A stretch of 64,000 bases of DNA from the NCBI GenBank assembly GCA_034003345.1, contig JAVEYS010000002.1:9415-73414 (forward strand). Reading direction: 5' to 3'. The DNA comes from Bacteroidales bacterium (GTDB taxonomy: Bacteria > Bacteroidota > Bacteroidia > Bacteroidales > VadinHA17). This document shows, piece after piece, positions 1 to 10,160 of this stretch. The position numbers and the translations under genes were made by a program. A model generated the notes under the pieces. The model searched no databases, was not told the origin of the DNA, and worked only from the letters and a program-made list of their open reading frames with translations. Each line of letters opens with the position of its first letter. Position 1 is the stretch's first letter.

Positions 1-555
1 CACTTTCGGGGTTGCAGTGGCAGTAAGGGCAATTATGGGTGCCCGTCTTATGGTATCAATAATAGGGCGTATACGGCGGTACTCCGGCCTGAAGTCATGC
101 CCCCACTCTGAGATGCAGTGTGCCTCGTCAACCGCATAGAAAGAGACCTTGATGCTCTTCAGGAACTCAATATTCTCCTCTTTGGTCAGTGACTCGGGAG
201 CCACGTAGAGAAGCTTGGTGTTGCCGTGCATCACATCCTGTCTTACCCGGGCAATAGCCGTTTTTGTAAGCGATGAGTTGAGAAAATGTGCAACATCATC
301 ATTGGTGTTGAAGTTGCGCATGGCGTCAACCTGGTTCTTCATCAGAGCTATCAGCGGAGAGATAACCACCGCGGTGCCCTCCATCATCACTGCCGGCAGC
401 TGGTAGCAGAGCGACTTGCCACCGCCGGTGGGCATCAACACAAAGGTGTCGTTACCATCCAGCACACTCCTGATAATACCCTCCTGAGTGCCCTTAAAAT
501 TATCAAACCCGAAATAACGCTTCAGATAATCATTTATGGAAGCATTAGTATACAT
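1..555 (-). CDS. recQ: ATP-dependent DNA helicase RecQ, N-terminal fragment (185 codons; gene continues beyond window start)
   Basis: Absent from the ORF track because it runs off the edge. My own reverse-strand translation from ATG (555..553) reads MYTNASINDYLKRYFGFDNFKGTQEGIIRSVLDGNDTFVLMPTGGGKSLCYQLPAVMMEGTAVVISPLIALMKNQVDAM...FYAVDEAHCISEWGHDFRPEYRRI...IALTATATPKV. It has a Walker A (TGGGKS) and a DEAH box in the RecQ-typical arrangement. It supersedes + strand ORFs 215..406 and 286..705. Confidence 0.85.
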   Translation of the reverse strand, partial: MYTNASINDYLKRYFGFDNFKGTQEGIIRSVLDGNDTFVLMPTGGGKSLCYQLPAVMMEGTAVVISPLIALMKNQVDAMRNFNTNDDVAHFLNSSLTKTAIARVRQDVMHGNTKLLYVAPESLTKEENIEFLKSIKVSFYAVDEAHCISEWGHDFRPEYRRIRPIIDTIRRAPIIALTATATPKV

Positions 556-781
556 ATTAGTTTCCCCTCTCCCCGAAATGTTAATTTTTTAAATCATACA
601 AACAAGTTACGTATTCTCAACGCATTTTATTACCCTTATTTCAAATTTAACTTAAAATTAATCATATTTCAAATCTTTTTATCAATCATACAACAAATGC
701 AATAGGGCCTGCGGGGGGGGTGAGGTATTGTTTTGAAACATAAGATTTAGCATCTTTGCATGCTTTAGATTGGTATTCCTG

Positions 782-1648
782 ATGGCTGGCAACGAGAAAA
801 AAAAGGAGAAAACTTCAGACGGTGAGATGACCTTCCTCCAACATCTTGAAGAGCTGAGATGGCATATAATAAGGTCTCTTGTTGCAGTAGTTGCCGGCGC
901 CATAATAGCTTTCATTTTCAAGAATATCATATTTGATCAGATTATTCTTGCCCCCAACACTCCTCATTTCATCACCAACCGTCTGCTCTGCCAGCTGGCT
1001 GAACTTGTTCATGTTCCGGCACTGTGCATTAACCAGGATCCGGTTGAGCTGATAAGTATCAAGATGTCGGGGCAGTTCACTACGCATATCAACATATCTC
1101 TGGTAGCCGGATTGATCATTGCTTTTCCGTATATATTCTGGGAGTTCTGGTCATTCTTCCAGCCAGCTCTTTATGATAAGGAGAGGAAATATGCCCGTGG
1201 AGCAGTTACTACAGCTTCACTCCTATTCCTGACCGGAGTCCTTTTCGGTTATTTCATAATTTCTCCCCTCTCAATAAATTTTCTTGGTTCATACAGAGTC
1301 AGTAACCTGGTAACCAACCAGATAAATATAACCTCTTACATCGGTTCTGTGACCTCCGTAGCGCTTTCTGCAGGGATAACGTTTGAACTTCCCATAGTGG
1401 TATTCTTCCTTGCCCGGATTGGCGTTATCACCCCTGCATTCATGCGCAAGTACCGGCGGCATGCCATTGTGTTGGTTCTGGTTATGGCTGCAGTGATCAC
1501 CCCTCCTGATATCTTTAGTCTTATACTTGTCACCATTCCGCTTATACTGTTGTATGAAGTGAGTATCTTTATAGCAGCAAGGGTCGTCAGGAAGCGTGCC
1601 GAGAATGATGCAGCAGAAGCCGCGGCAGAAGCGGGTGAAAATAAATAA
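782..1648 (+). CDS. tatC: Tat protein translocase subunit TatC
   Basis: ORF 770..1648. The N-terminal motif [16 protein letters not shown] is followed by about six hydrophobic segments, as in TatC. The track start 770 is TTG. I used the first in-frame ATG at 782 (MAGNEKKK...), but the start is uncertain. Confidence 0.85.
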   Translation: MAGNEKKKEKTSDGEMTFLQHLEELRWHIIRSLVAVVAGAIIAFIFKNIIFDQIILAPNTPHFITNRLLCQLAELVHVPALCINQDPVELISIKMSGQFTTHINISLVAGLIIAFPYIFWEFWSFFQPALYDKERKYARGAVTTASLLFLTGVLFGYFIISPLSINFLGSYRVSNLVTNQINITSYIGSVTSVALSAGITFELPIVVFFLARIGVITPAFMRKYRRHAIVLVLVMAAVITPPDIFSLILVTIPLILLYEVSIFIAARVVRKRAENDAAEAAAEAGENK

Positions 1649-1655
1649 TGAGGAT

Positions 1656-2381
1656 ATGAAGCTCTATACAACCAACCTGGTGAAACGTTACAAGACCCGG
1701 ACCGTCGTCAACTCGGTCTCGGTAGAGGTTGAACAGGGAGAGATCGTCGGACTGCTTGGTCCTAACGGTGCAGGCAAGACCACTACTTTTTACATGATCG
1801 TCGGACTGATAAGACCCAACGGCGGAAGTATATGTCTTGACAATACCGAGATCACAGGTTTTCCGATGTATCGTCGGTCACGTTTGGGTATTGGGTATCT
1901 GGCCCAGGAAGCATCAGTCTTCCGCAAGCTGACTGTAGAGGACAACCTGATGGCTGTGATGGAGCTCTCAGGAATGAGCAGGGATGAACGCAGGGAGCGT
2001 CTTGAGTCTCTCCTTGAGGAGTTTGGTCTCACACGCATACGCAAGAGCCTGGGCACCCAACTGTCAGGGGGCGAACGCCGGCGGACGGAGATAGCGCGGG
2101 CCCTGGCCCTTAAACCCAAGTTTATCCTGCTTGACGAACCCTTTGCCGGTGTTGACCCTATAGCCGTGGAAGATATCCAGATGATAGTCTCTAACCTAAA
2201 GGAGAAGAACATAGGTATACTTATTACTGACCACAACGTACACGAAACATTATCCATCACCGACCGGGCCTATCTGCTCTTCGAGGGTAAAATACTTAAG
2301 CAGGGTACTGCCTCCCAGCTTGCTGATGATGAGCAGGTAAGAAGTGTTTACCTCGGTAAGAACTTCGAACTCAGGAGGTAA
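1656..2381 (+). CDS. lptB: LPS export ABC transporter ATP-binding protein LptB
   Basis: ABC ATPase with Walker [10 protein letters not shown], signature LSGGERRR and Walker [13 protein letters not shown]. The 241-aa stand-alone NBD starting [13 protein letters not shown] is typical of LptB. The track ORF starts at 1596 inside tatC, so I chose the in-frame ATG at 1656. Confidence 0.8.
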   Translation: MKLYTTNLVKRYKTRTVVNSVSVEVEQGEIVGLLGPNGAGKTTTFYMIVGLIRPNGGSICLDNTEITGFPMYRRSRLGIGYLAQEASVFRKLTVEDNLMAVMELSGMSRDERRERLESLLEEFGLTRIRKSLGTQLSGGERRRTEIARALALKPKFILLDEPFAGVDPIAVEDIQMIVSNLKEKNIGILITDHNVHETLSITDRAYLLFEGKILKQGTASQLADDEQVRSVYLGKNFELRR

Positions 2382-2418
2382 ATTAAACCCTGGACTTTTG
2401 TAACTTCGTAATATTTAC

Positions 2419-2426
2419 TAATTTTG
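2419..2426 (+). promoter_or_regulatory. Candidate Bacteroidetes -7 promoter element (TAATTTTG) for the tRNA
   Basis: Exact match to the TAnnTTTG -7 consensus of Bacteroides-type promoters, ending 12 nt upstream of the tRNA 5' end. Confidence 0.5.
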
Positions 2427-2437
2427 CGCCACGTTTC

Positions 2438-2519
2438 GCGGATGTGTCGTAATTGGTAGCCGAGCAAGACTTAGGATCTTGTGCCTCAGGGCGTGGGGGT
2501 TCGAGTCCCTTCATCCGCA
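2438..2519 (+). tRNA. tRNA-Leu (anticodon TAG), class II with long variable arm
   Basis: Folded by eye. Acceptor stem is GCGGATG/CATCCGC. Anticodon stem is CAAGA/TCTTG with loop CTTAGGA (anticodon TAG). The variable arm is long (TGCCTCAGGGCGT), the T-loop is GGTTCGAGTCC, and the discriminator is A. No encoded CCA. Confidence 0.85.
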
Positions 2520-2543
2520 CTAATACCAGAGCCGCTCTGACAG

Positions 2544-2576
2544 TCCGCCGGCTGGCGGATGTTTTGGCGGTTTTTT
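2544..2576 (+). terminator. Rho-independent terminator after tRNA-Leu
   Basis: Hairpin TCCGCC-ggct-GGCGGA followed by a T-rich tail (tgttttggcggtttttt). Confidence 0.55.
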
Positions 2577-2600
2577 AAATAGAGAGTAAACTGTTACGAT

Positions 2601-3932
2601 ATGAATGTCACCAGAGAGAACATTGACGCACTGAATGCAACCGTCAGGATTAATATCACCAAAGCCGATTACGAGGAGAAGGTAGAAAAAAAACTGAGGG
2701 AATACAGAAAAACTGCAAACATTAAGGGATTCCGCCCCGGCCATGTGCCTTTTCCCATGATAAAGAAGATGTACGGCACCAGCGTACTTGTCGATGAGGT
2801 TAATAATATAGTCTCAGAGAGCCTCTCCGATTATATCAGAAACGAAAAGATCGACATCCTCGGCGATCCTATTCCAAAGCATGACGAACATACGTTCGAT
2901 CCTGACAAATCCGACGAGTTCAGCTTCTCCTTTGAGCTGGGTCTGGCACCAGAGTTCGAAGTCAATCTCTCCAAAAAGAATAAGCTGACCCGTTACATTA
3001 TTGAGCCTGACACCAAAATGGTGGCAGAGTCTGTTGACAATTACGCACGCCGTAACGGTGAGTTCGTGATAGTGACAAAGTCAGAGGACAAAGACATGCT
3101 TAAAGGCACAATCACATCAGCCGACGGGAGCATATCAAATGATGACGCCTCTCTTTCCGTGGAGATTGTGAAGGATGAGGAGCAGAAGAAAGAGTTCCTT
3201 GGGAGGAGCGCAGGCGAAAGCATCAGCTTTGATATCCGCAAGGCCTTCCCCAACGACTACGAGATAGCAGGTCTTTTAAAGAGACAAAAGGAGGAGGTGA
3301 AGGAGCTCAACGGCATATACACCATTAACGTAAAAGAGGTCTCACGCTTTATGCCCGCAGAAAATGACCAGGCACTATGGGATAAAATATATGGCGAAGG
3401 AATAGTAACCACAGTGGAGGAGTTCGAGGCTAAAGTGACAGATGAGATAAGAGAGTACTTCAGTCGCGAGACCGATTACAAACTGCGTACTGACGCCCGT
3501 GACATGATCCTCGGGAAAACATCTTTCGACCTTCCGGAAGAGTTCTTGAAGAAGTGGCTGGTACGGGTAAATGAGAAGACCACTGCCGAGGATATTGAAA
3601 AGGACTGGGATCATTTCCGTGACGACCTCCGCTGGCAACTGATAAAAAACAAGGTGGCAAAGGATAATGACCTTAAGATCACCAATGAGGAGATACTTGA
3701 AGAAGCAAAGGCGTTCACCAGAGCACAATTCTCTCAGTATGGCCTCTACTATGCAACTGATGAACAGATATCATCATTCGCCGCTGATATGCTTCAGAAG
3801 GAGGAGGAATCGCGTCGCATTGCCGAAAAGGTCCTTGACACCCGTGTGCTCGATATAGTTATAGATGCCATAACGGTGGATGACAAGAAGGTTTCAGCAG
3901 AGGAGTTCAATAAGCTCTTCGAGAAGAAGTGA
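2601..3932 (+). CDS. tig: Trigger factor (ribosome-associated peptidyl-prolyl isomerase/chaperone)
   Basis: 443 aa with the N-terminal ribosome-binding signature GFRPGHVP. It sits in the conserved tig-clpP-clpX gene order. Confidence 0.9.
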   Translation: MNVTRENIDALNATVRINITKADYEEKVEKKLREYRKTANIKGFRPGHVPFPMIKKMYGTSVLVDEVNNIVSESLSDYIRNEKIDILGDPIPKHDEHTFDPDKSDEFSFSFELGLAPEFEVNLSKKNKLTRYIIEPDTKMVAESVDNYARRNGEFVIVTKSEDKDMLKGTITSADGSISNDDASLSVEIVKDEEQKKEFLGRSAGESISFDIRKAFPNDYEIAGLLKRQKEEVKELNGIYTINVKEVSRFMPAENDQALWDKIYGEGIVTTVEEFEAKVTDEIREYFSRETDYKLRTDARDMILGKTSFDLPEEFLKKWLVRVNEKTTAEDIEKDWDHFRDDLRWQLIKNKVAKDNDLKITNEEILEEAKAFTRAQFSQYGLYYATDEQISSFAADMLQKEEESRRIAEKVLDTRVLDIVIDAITVDDKKVSAEEFNKLFEKK

Positions 3933-3954
3933 AACCTTAATGGTGATAATTTCG

Positions 3955-3962
3955 TATATTTG
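3955..3962 (+). promoter_or_regulatory. Candidate -7 promoter element (TATATTTG) upstream of clpP
   Basis: Exact TAnnTTTG match 24 nt upstream of the clpP ATG. Confidence 0.45.
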
Positions 3963-3985
3963 GCATTCAACTAAAGTTTTTTATT

Positions 3986-4663
3986 ATGTCAGAAAATAAT
4001 GATTTTAAAAAATATGCCGCTGACCGCTTTGGGGTCAGCAGCCTCACAATGCAACGATATATCTCGGCGAGTAACGGTTACATCTCACCTACAATCATTG
4101 AGGAACGTCAGATGAATGTAGCGTCAATGGACGTCTTCTCGCGTCTGATGATGGACCGCATCATATTTCTCGGCCTGCCTGTTGATGACTATGTTGCAAA
4201 CATCATCCAGGCACAGTTGCTTTATCTTGATTCAGCCGATCCGGGCAAGGATATTCAGATCTACCTGAACACCCCTGGTGGCGCTGTTCATGCAGGCATG
4301 GGCATATATGACACCATGCAGTATATCTCTGCCGATGTTGCCACAATATGCACCGGCATGGCTGCATCCATGGGCGCCGTCCTGCTGACAGCAGGCACCA
4401 AGGGGAAAAGATCAGCCCTGAAACATTCCCGGGTAATGATCCATCAGCCTATGGGAGGAGCAGAGGGACAGGCATCTGACATAGAGATAGTTGTCAAAGA
4501 GATACTTAAGATCAAAAAGGAATTATACGAGGTAATAGCATTGCATACCGGCCAACCCCTTGAAAAGGTGGAGAAGGATGCTGACCGCGACCACTGGATG
4601 ACCTCCGACGAAGCCAAGGAATACGGAATGATCGACGAAGTCCTTTCAAGAAACAAAGCCTAA
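3986..4663 (+). CDS. clpP: ATP-dependent Clp protease proteolytic subunit ClpP
   Basis: 225 aa with the catalytic-Ser motif [11 protein letters not shown] and the His motif [10 protein letters not shown]. Followed by clpX. Confidence 0.93.
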   Translation: MSENNDFKKYAADRFGVSSLTMQRYISASNGYISPTIIEERQMNVASMDVFSRLMMDRIIFLGLPVDDYVANIIQAQLLYLDSADPGKDIQIYLNTPGGAVHAGMGIYDTMQYISADVATICTGMAASMGAVLLTAGTKGKRSALKHSRVMIHQPMGGAEGQASDIEIVVKEILKIKKELYEVIALHTGQPLEKVEKDADRDHWMTSDEAKEYGMIDEVLSRNKA

Positions 4664-4673
4664 AGCCATCCTG

Positions 4674-5888
4674 ATGGATAAATGCTCATTTTGCGGACGC
4701 ACCAAGAAGGAGGCAAACCTGCTGATAGCAGGTCTTGAAGGACATATATGCGACCAGTGCATTGAGCAGGCCCACAACATTATGGTTGAAGAGCTTGGCG
4801 GCAAGTCAACCTTTAACCTTGACAGTATAAAGCTCAATAAGCCTAAGGAGATCAAAGACTATCTTGATCAGTATGTCATAGGCCAGGACAAAGCCAAGAA
4901 AACACTCTCTGTAGCGGTATACAATCACTACAAGAGGCTTATGCAGAAGTCTGACAGTGATGATATTGAGATAGAGAAGTCAAACATTATTCTTGTTGGA
5001 GAGACTGGTACCGGCAAGACGCTTCTGGCTCGCACCATAGCACGAATGCTTCATGTGCCCTTCACTATTGTTGACGCCACTGTCCTTACCGAAGCAGGTT
5101 ATGTGGGAGAAGATATCGAGAGCCTCCTGACACGCCTGCTCCAGAACGCCGATTATGATGTCAAGGCGGCAGAGAAGGGAATTGTTTTCATCGATGAGCT
5201 TGACAAGATTGCCCGTAAGGGCGATAACCCGTCCATCACCCGTGATGTATCAGGTGAGGGAGTGCAGCAGGGTCTCCTCAAGCTGCTTGAAGGAGCGATA
5301 GTGAACGTTCCTCCGCAAGGTGGCAGGAAACATCCTGAGCAGAAGATGATCCCCGTTGATACGAAAAATATTCTCTTTATATGTGGCGGAGCCTTTGAAG
5401 GTATCGAAAAAAAGATTGCTCACAGGCTAAACACTACTGTTGTTGGTTATACTGCCAGCCGGTCGCGTGACCATTATGACAAGGAAGATCTCCTTAAATA
5501 TATTGCACCACAGGATCTTCGTGCCTACGGTCTCATACCTGAGATCATCGGACGACTGCCGGTGCTGACACACCTCTCCCCGCTTGAACGCATAGCACTG
5601 AGAGCCATTCTCACCGAACCCAAGAATGCCATTACCAAACAATACATTAAGCTCTTTGCCATGGACGGCATAGAACTTACATTTACTCCGGAGACTCTTG
5701 ATTATATTGTTGACAAGGCTGTGGAGTTCAAGCTCGGCGCCAGAGGTCTGCGAGCTATCTGCGAGACAATTATGATGGACGCTATGTTCGAGCTGCCGTC
5801 AGGAGACAAGAAGCAGTTTACTGTAACTCCCGATTATGCCGCCCATAAGCTCGAGAGGGTGGATATGAAAATACTCAAGGCATCATAA
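4674..5888 (+). CDS. clpX: ATP-dependent Clp protease ATP-binding subunit ClpX
   Basis: N-terminal C4 zinc finger (CSFCGR...CDQC), Walker A GETGTGKT and Walker [10 protein letters not shown]. 404 aa. Confidence 0.95.
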   Translation: MDKCSFCGRTKKEANLLIAGLEGHICDQCIEQAHNIMVEELGGKSTFNLDSIKLNKPKEIKDYLDQYVIGQDKAKKTLSVAVYNHYKRLMQKSDSDDIEIEKSNIILVGETGTGKTLLARTIARMLHVPFTIVDATVLTEAGYVGEDIESLLTRLLQNADYDVKAAEKGIVFIDELDKIARKGDNPSITRDVSGEGVQQGLLKLLEGAIVNVPPQGGRKHPEQKMIPVDTKNILFICGGAFEGIEKKIAHRLNTTVVGYTASRSRDHYDKEDLLKYIAPQDLRAYGLIPEIIGRLPVLTHLSPLERIALRAILTEPKNAITKQYIKLFAMDGIELTFTPETLDYIVDKAVEFKLGARGLRAICETIMMDAMFELPSGDKKQFTVTPDYAAHKLERVDMKILKAS

Positions 5889-5926
5889 AAAAAAACCCGG
5901 ACTGGCAAACAGCCCGGGTTTTTTTA
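5887..5926. terminator. Bidirectional rho-independent terminator between convergent clpX and lipoprotein gene
   Basis: An A-run, then stem AACCCGG...CCGGGTT with an inner CTG/CAG extension, then a T-run (aaaaaaaaacccggactggcaaacagcccgggttttttt). Confidence 0.8.
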
Positions 5927-5981
5927 TCAGCACCTGCATAGCCGAAATATGCTTCGGCATCAGTCTATAAGAGCCAATTAC

Positions 5982-6821
5982 CTATAAATACTTCGGATGC
6001 CATAAACGGAGGGTTATCACCCTCGAATCATCTCCTCTTGATAGTGTGGCAGTGGCATCACACTCCCCGTTGCCATAATCAAGCACGAAAGGCTCAACTC
6101 CTTCAATGTCAAATTCTATGGTTCCGCTTACAATGAACCTGCATGCAGCCTGCCACTCCAGAGCGCTGGTGATGGAATGAGTGTATGCCACACCGTTCAG
6201 GTTGGTACCTGTTGCATAGCCGGTTATAAGACATTTGTCATCCCAGGGTGTCCATGTGTCATACCCTTCTGTATACTCTCTCTCCCTGAGGAACGTACGT
6301 GTGATTGTCCTCTCGTCAGAGAAGGTAATCATACCACCGCTGAGTGCAACGGAGAAAACGGTATTTTCGTTACTGTTCAGGCCAATGTTCTCCACAGTAT
6401 AGGTTCCTTCTACCTTTGCACCGTTAACAGTGTAGTTGTCAAAGGAGACGGTGCGTACTGATCCTTCCGTACGCCTGGGAGCAGACATGGCAATTATGAT
6501 CTTGCCGCTGCGCACAACATCATTCAGCCCAGTGCATGACGTACCATAATCTATTGTTACATTACGCGGCCAAAAACCTTCATCCGGATAGGTGAACGTG
6601 ATGATCGGACATGTATCAATAACGGATGCCGATTTCAGGGGGGCTTCAGCAATCACCGTGGCAATCTCCAATGAAGAAAATACGTCGTCATAATAAGCCT
6701 CGGCAACAATGGCATCATCAGCTGCCTCAATACTTGAATCTTCAAGAGGCTCTGTTCTCTGGCACGATGCAAATGTTAAACCTGCTGCAATCAGTGCGAT
6801 AAAAAGTGTCTTAGTTTTCAT
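5982..6821 (-). CDS. Hypothetical lipoprotein
   Basis: ORF 5982..6878. An internal ATG at 6821 gives MKTKTLFIALIAAGLTFASC, a lipoprotein-type signal peptide. I recognised no family motif. Confidence 0.6.
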   Translation of the reverse strand: MKTKTLFIALIAAGLTFASCQRTEPLEDSSIEAADDAIVAEAYYDDVFSSLEIATVIAEAPLKSASVIDTCPIITFTYPDEGFWPRNVTIDYGTSCTGLNDVVRSGKIIIAMSAPRRTEGSVRTVSFDNYTVNGAKVEGTYTVENIGLNSNENTVFSVALSGGMITFSDERTITRTFLREREYTEGYDTWTPWDDKCLITGYATGTNLNGVAYTHSITSALEWQAACRFIVSGTIEFDIEGVEPFVLDYGNGECDATATLSRGDDSRVITLRLWHPKYL

Positions 6822-6908
6822 TTTAGCATTTGTTTTGTATTCCTTTTTTAAGTGTATATCTGAGACTACAGAAAACACAATTGGTTTAACGCTAAAAGGA
6901 AAAAAAAG

Positions 6909-7397
6909 TTACCTACGGCGAAGGTATGTTGTATAGGTAAAGCTGAGCTCTTCCGGATCATCAGGGAAATAATCCTCCTGTTCAGAGATAAACCAGTCAT
7001 CACCATCAATCGTCGGGAAAAAGGTGTCAGCAACAAACTCTTTGTGTATGTGCGTTACCAACAGCCTGTCGGCCAATGGCATGAACTGTCTGTAGACAGA
7101 TCCTCCGCCAATGACAAATGCTTCCCTTCCCGTGTCACATAGCTGCAGTGCCTCGTCAATCGATCTGGCTGTCTCGGCGCAGTCAAAACAATCAAGCTCA
7201 TTGTCAGTCAGAACTATGTTTTTTCTGCCGGGCAGCGGTTTTTTTGGGAGTGACTCCCATGTCTTCTTCCCCATGATCAGGCAGTGCCCCATGGTGATCT
7301 TCCGGAATCGCTGCAGATCGCCCGGCAGATGCGCAAGAAGGTTGTTCATATAACCTATTCCGTTGTTTCGGTCAGTGGCAACAATAATAGTGATCAT
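6909..7397 (-). CDS. folA: Dihydrofolate reductase
   Basis: 162 aa with IVATDRNNGIG, MGKKTWESLP and VIGGGSVY motifs. Lies immediately downstream of thyA (1-nt gap). Confidence 0.9.
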   Translation of the reverse strand: MITIIVATDRNNGIGYMNNLLAHLPGDLQRFRKITMGHCLIMGKKTWESLPKKPLPGRKNIVLTDNELDCFDCAETARSIDEALQLCDTGREAFVIGGGSVYRQFMPLADRLLVTHIHKEFVADTFFPTIDGDDWFISEQEDYFPDDPEELSFTYTTYLRRR

Positions 7398-7398
7398 C

Positions 7399-8193
7399 TC
7401 AGACAGATATTTCGCCTTTTATGGCAGGATAAGGGTCATACTCCGATAGGGTGAAATCTTCATAACTGAATGAAGATATGTCTTTCACTCCACCATTAAG
7501 GGTCATTACAGGAAGGTTGCGGGGCTCACGTGTAAGCTGCAGTCTGACCTGTTCGGTATGATTGAGATAAATATGTGCATCACCGAGGGTATGGATAAAC
7601 TCACCTGGCTTATATCCTGTGACCTGAGCCATCATCATCGTCAGCAGTGCATATGAAGCTATATTGAAGGGCACGCCGAGAAAAATATCAGCACTGCGCT
7701 GGTAGAGCTGGCACGACAGTCTGTCACCGGCCACATAAAACTGGAAGAGGATATGACATGGCGGAAGGGCCATCTTCTCAATCTCGCCCACATTCCATGC
7801 AGAGATTATATGCCGGCGTGAGTCCGGATTATTCCTTAATGAGCTGATCACGGTACTGATCTGGTCAATAGTCTTTCCGTCGGCTGCAGGCCATGAGCGC
7901 CACTGATATCCGTATATCGGGCCGAGGTTACCGTCGGCATCAGCCCACTCATTCCATATCCTGACACCCTTTTCCTGGAGGTAGCGTACATTGGTGCTTC
8001 CGCTGATGAACCAGAGGAGCTCATGGATTATAGATTTCAGATGTAGCTTTTTTGTTGTCATCAGCGGGAAACGTTCAGAGATATCAAACCTCATCTGGTA
8101 CCCGAAAGTACTGATGGTGCCGGTTCCCGTACGGTCTCTCTTTTCAACTCCATGCTCCATCACATGGCTAAGCAGATCAAGATATTGCTTCAT
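7399..8193 (-). CDS. thyA: Thymidylate synthase
   Basis: 264 aa with catalytic-Cys context [13 protein letters not shown] and motif [19 protein letters not shown]. Confidence 0.95.
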   Translation of the reverse strand: MKQYLDLLSHVMEHGVEKRDRTGTGTISTFGYQMRFDISERFPLMTTKKLHLKSIIHELLWFISGSTNVRYLQEKGVRIWNEWADADGNLGPIYGYQWRSWPAADGKTIDQISTVISSLRNNPDSRRHIISAWNVGEIEKMALPPCHILFQFYVAGDRLSCQLYQRSADIFLGVPFNIASYALLTMMMAQVTGYKPGEFIHTLGDAHIYLNHTEQVRLQLTREPRNLPVMTLNGGVKDISSFSYEDFTLSEYDPYPAIKGEISV

Positions 8194-8354
8194 AAAACGC
8201 TATAGATACTGGCATTGGAACGATTGATGCCGGCCGGTATGTGAATCACCGGCGAGAAGCCATGCTTCTGCACGCTGACTCTCGCTCCCGGGGTATAATC
8301 AATTTGTCCTGCTTCATTAATAATAGTGTAGATTCCCATCCCCAAAAGAAATTA

Positions 8355-8960
8355 TTATCCTTGTTCTTTCCTCCGTGCAATCTCATCCCGGACGGCAGCT
8401 GCCTGTTCATAATCCTCCCGGCTGATGGCATCGGAGAGCTTCTCCTTCAACTCCTCGAGGGAATAATCACTGTATTCGCTTACAAATGTCTTTTTCTTTT
8501 CGCTGAAGACTTCACCCTCCTTCTTCTGCTCCTCTTCCGCGCCGGCACTCATGACAATGCCTGCCTCATTCAATATCTGCGGTTCAATGAATACCGGGCA
8601 TTCAAATCTCAATGCCAGTGCCACAGCATCGGAAGTACGGGAATCAATATGAAATCTTCTCTCTCCATCGGTACAAACGATCTCTGAATAGAAGATCCCT
8701 TCACGAAGCTTGTTGATGAGCACCTGCTCCACGGTGATACCACACGCTTCAGCAAAGCTCTTAAAGAGATCATGTGTCAGCGGTCTGGGCGGCTCAAGAT
8801 TCTCAAGCTTGATGACTATGGCCTGAGCTTCAAACCCTCCGATGATAATGGGTATCCGCCGCTCTCCGTTCTCTTCCGCCAATATAAGTGCATAAGCACC
8901 AGACTGAGTCTGACTGTAAGAAATGCCTATGACTTTCAGACGAATAAGCTTATTCTGCAT
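8355..8960 (-). CDS. Bifunctional nuclease family protein (DUF151-type) with C-terminal UVR-like motif
   Basis: 201 aa. The N-terminal segment LKVIGISYSQTQSGAYALILAEENGERRIPIIIGGFEAQAI resembles the bifunctional DNase/RNase family. The C-terminus EDYEQAAAVRDEIARRK resembles a UVR motif. Confidence 0.7.
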   Translation of the reverse strand: MQNKLIRLKVIGISYSQTQSGAYALILAEENGERRIPIIIGGFEAQAIVIKLENLEPPRPLTHDLFKSFAEACGITVEQVLINKLREGIFYSEIVCTDGERRFHIDSRTSDAVALALRFECPVFIEPQILNEAGIVMSAGAEEEQKKEGEVFSEKKKTFVSEYSDYSLEELKEKLSDAISREDYEQAAAVRDEIARRKEQG

Positions 8961-9080
8961 AATTAACCAGATTTACTGCCCAACAGGCCGATATGACAAA
9001 TATAAAGAATAAGAATCTTTATCATCCCAAGGTTTGATTTTTTTATCGACAGATTGTTGGTGATAAATTAATGATGGCAA

Positions 9081-9110
9081 TTTGTAAATTAGTTAATTTT
9101 TATATCTTTG
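9081..9110 (+). promoter_or_regulatory. Candidate promoter of rplU-rpmA (-33 TTTG at 9081..9084, -7 TATCTTTG at 9103..9110)
   Basis: Both Bacteroides-type promoter elements are present, 18 nt apart. This leaves a leader of about 85 nt before the rplU ATG. Confidence 0.55.
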
Positions 9111-9197
9111 CAGTCCGAAAAACAAAGATTCGTTGGGGCCCGCAGAAGTGTCGTGCACAGAGGAGCATGTCCGCCTCACGGAGTAATATAAGAGAGA

Positions 9198-9767
9198 TTG
9201 AAAATGTATGCAATCGTAGAAATCGCCGGACAGCAGTTCAAGGTGGAAGAAGGTATGAAGATCTTCGTTCACCGTCTTGATGCAGCCGAAGATGATATAG
9301 TAGAGTTTGAAAAAGTTCTCCTGCTTGATAATGACGGAGCAATAACAATAGGAGAGCCTGTCATCGTGAATACGGTGGTTGAAGGTAAAATCCTGGCCCA
9401 CGCAAGAGGTGACAAAGTAATTATCTTCAAGAAGAAGAAAAGAAAAGGGTATCAGAAAAGATCAGGGCACCGTCAGGATTTCACCCAGGTTGAGATACTG
9501 AGGATAGGCCCTGCCGGAGAGCAAAAGAAGAAAGTTGCTCCGAAAGCTGAGAAGAAAGTAACCGAGGCACCTGTTGCCGAAGAGGTGAAAGCAGAAGTAA
9601 AGAAAGCGCCCGCTAAGAAAGCTGTCGCCAAAAAAGAGCCGGCGGAAAAGAAACAAGCCGTAAAAAAGGAACCTGCTAAGAAGGCACCCGTGAAGAAGGC
9701 ACCTGTGAAGAAGACGCCTGCAAAGAAGGCACCTGCAAAAAGCACTAAGAAACCGGCGAAAGAATAA
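9198..9767 (+). CDS. rplU: 50S ribosomal protein L21 with about 85-aa Lys/Ala/Pro-rich C-terminal extension
   Basis: The N-terminus MYAIVEIAGQQFKVEEG is typical of L21, and rpmA follows. At 189 aa it exceeds the roughly 100 aa typical of L21. The excess is a KKAP-type repeat tail. Confidence 0.9.
   Translation: MKMYAIVEIAGQQFKVEEGMKIFVHRLDAAEDDIVEFEKVLLLDNDGAITIGEPVIVNTVVEGKILAHARGDKVIIFKKKKRKGYQKRSGHRQDFTQVEILRIGPAGEQKKKVAPKAEKKVTEAPVAEEVKAEVKKAPAKKAVAKKEPAEKKQAVKKEPAKKAPVKKAPVKKTPAKKAPAKSTKKPAKE
9678..9737 (+). repeat. In-frame 15-bp tandem repeat x4 (KKAPV KKAPV KKTPA KKAPA) in the L21 tail
   Basis: The four consecutive units read aagaaggcacccgtg / aagaaggcacctgtg / aagaagacgcctgca / aagaaggcacctgca. 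Confidence 0.9.
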
Positions 9768-9793
9768 CCGATAATCAGTAAAAATAACAGAAT

Positions 9794-10054
9794 ATGGCAC
9801 ACAAGAAAGGTGTAGGCAGTTCACGCAACGGCCGCGATTCAGAAAGTAAAAGGCTTGGTGTCAAGCTCTTTGGAGGTCAGGCAGTAAAAGCCGGCAGCAT
9901 CATAGTCCGCCAGCGCGGCACCGTACATAATCCCGGTGAAAACGTTGGACTAGGCAGGGATCATACTCTCTTTGCACTCATTGACGGGACTATTGAGTTC
10001 AAAAAGAAAACTGGCAACAAATCTTACGTCTCGGTTAAGCCCGTAGTAGAATAA
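9794..10054 (+). CDS. rpmA: 50S ribosomal protein L27
   Basis: 86 aa beginning [24 protein letters not shown], the canonical L27 N-terminus. Confidence 0.95.
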   Translation: MAHKKGVGSSRNGRDSESKRLGVKLFGGQAVKAGSIIVRQRGTVHNPGENVGLGRDHTLFALIDGTIEFKKKTGNKSYVSVKPVVE

Positions 10055-10076
10055 GATACGATCATTGTAAGATAAG

Positions 10077-10125
10077 ACTCCTGAAAATATACGCACAAGC
10101 GCATATTTTCAGGAGTTTTTATTTT
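10077..10125 (+). terminator. Rho-independent terminator after rpmA
   Basis: Perfect 13-bp stem CTCCTGAAAATAT...ATATTTTCAGGAG followed by tttttattttattttt. Confidence 0.85.
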
Positions 10126-10160
10126 ATTTTTACGCCACATATTACAATAATTCTTCCGGT

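Noticed and set aside
215-705. Plus-strand ORFs 215..406 and 286..705 from the track
   Set aside because: They lie antisense to a clear RecQ N-terminus (Walker A, DEAH box) that I translated on the minus strand. They have no motifs of their own.
9462-9824. Two minus-strand ORFs (120 aa, 109 aa) opposite the L21 tail
   Set aside because: They are antisense readings of the KKAP repeat region. They have no independent support.
10126-10160. T-box or other leader upstream of serS
   Set aside because: Only about 35 nt lie between the rpmA terminator and the serS ATG, which is too short for a leader structure.
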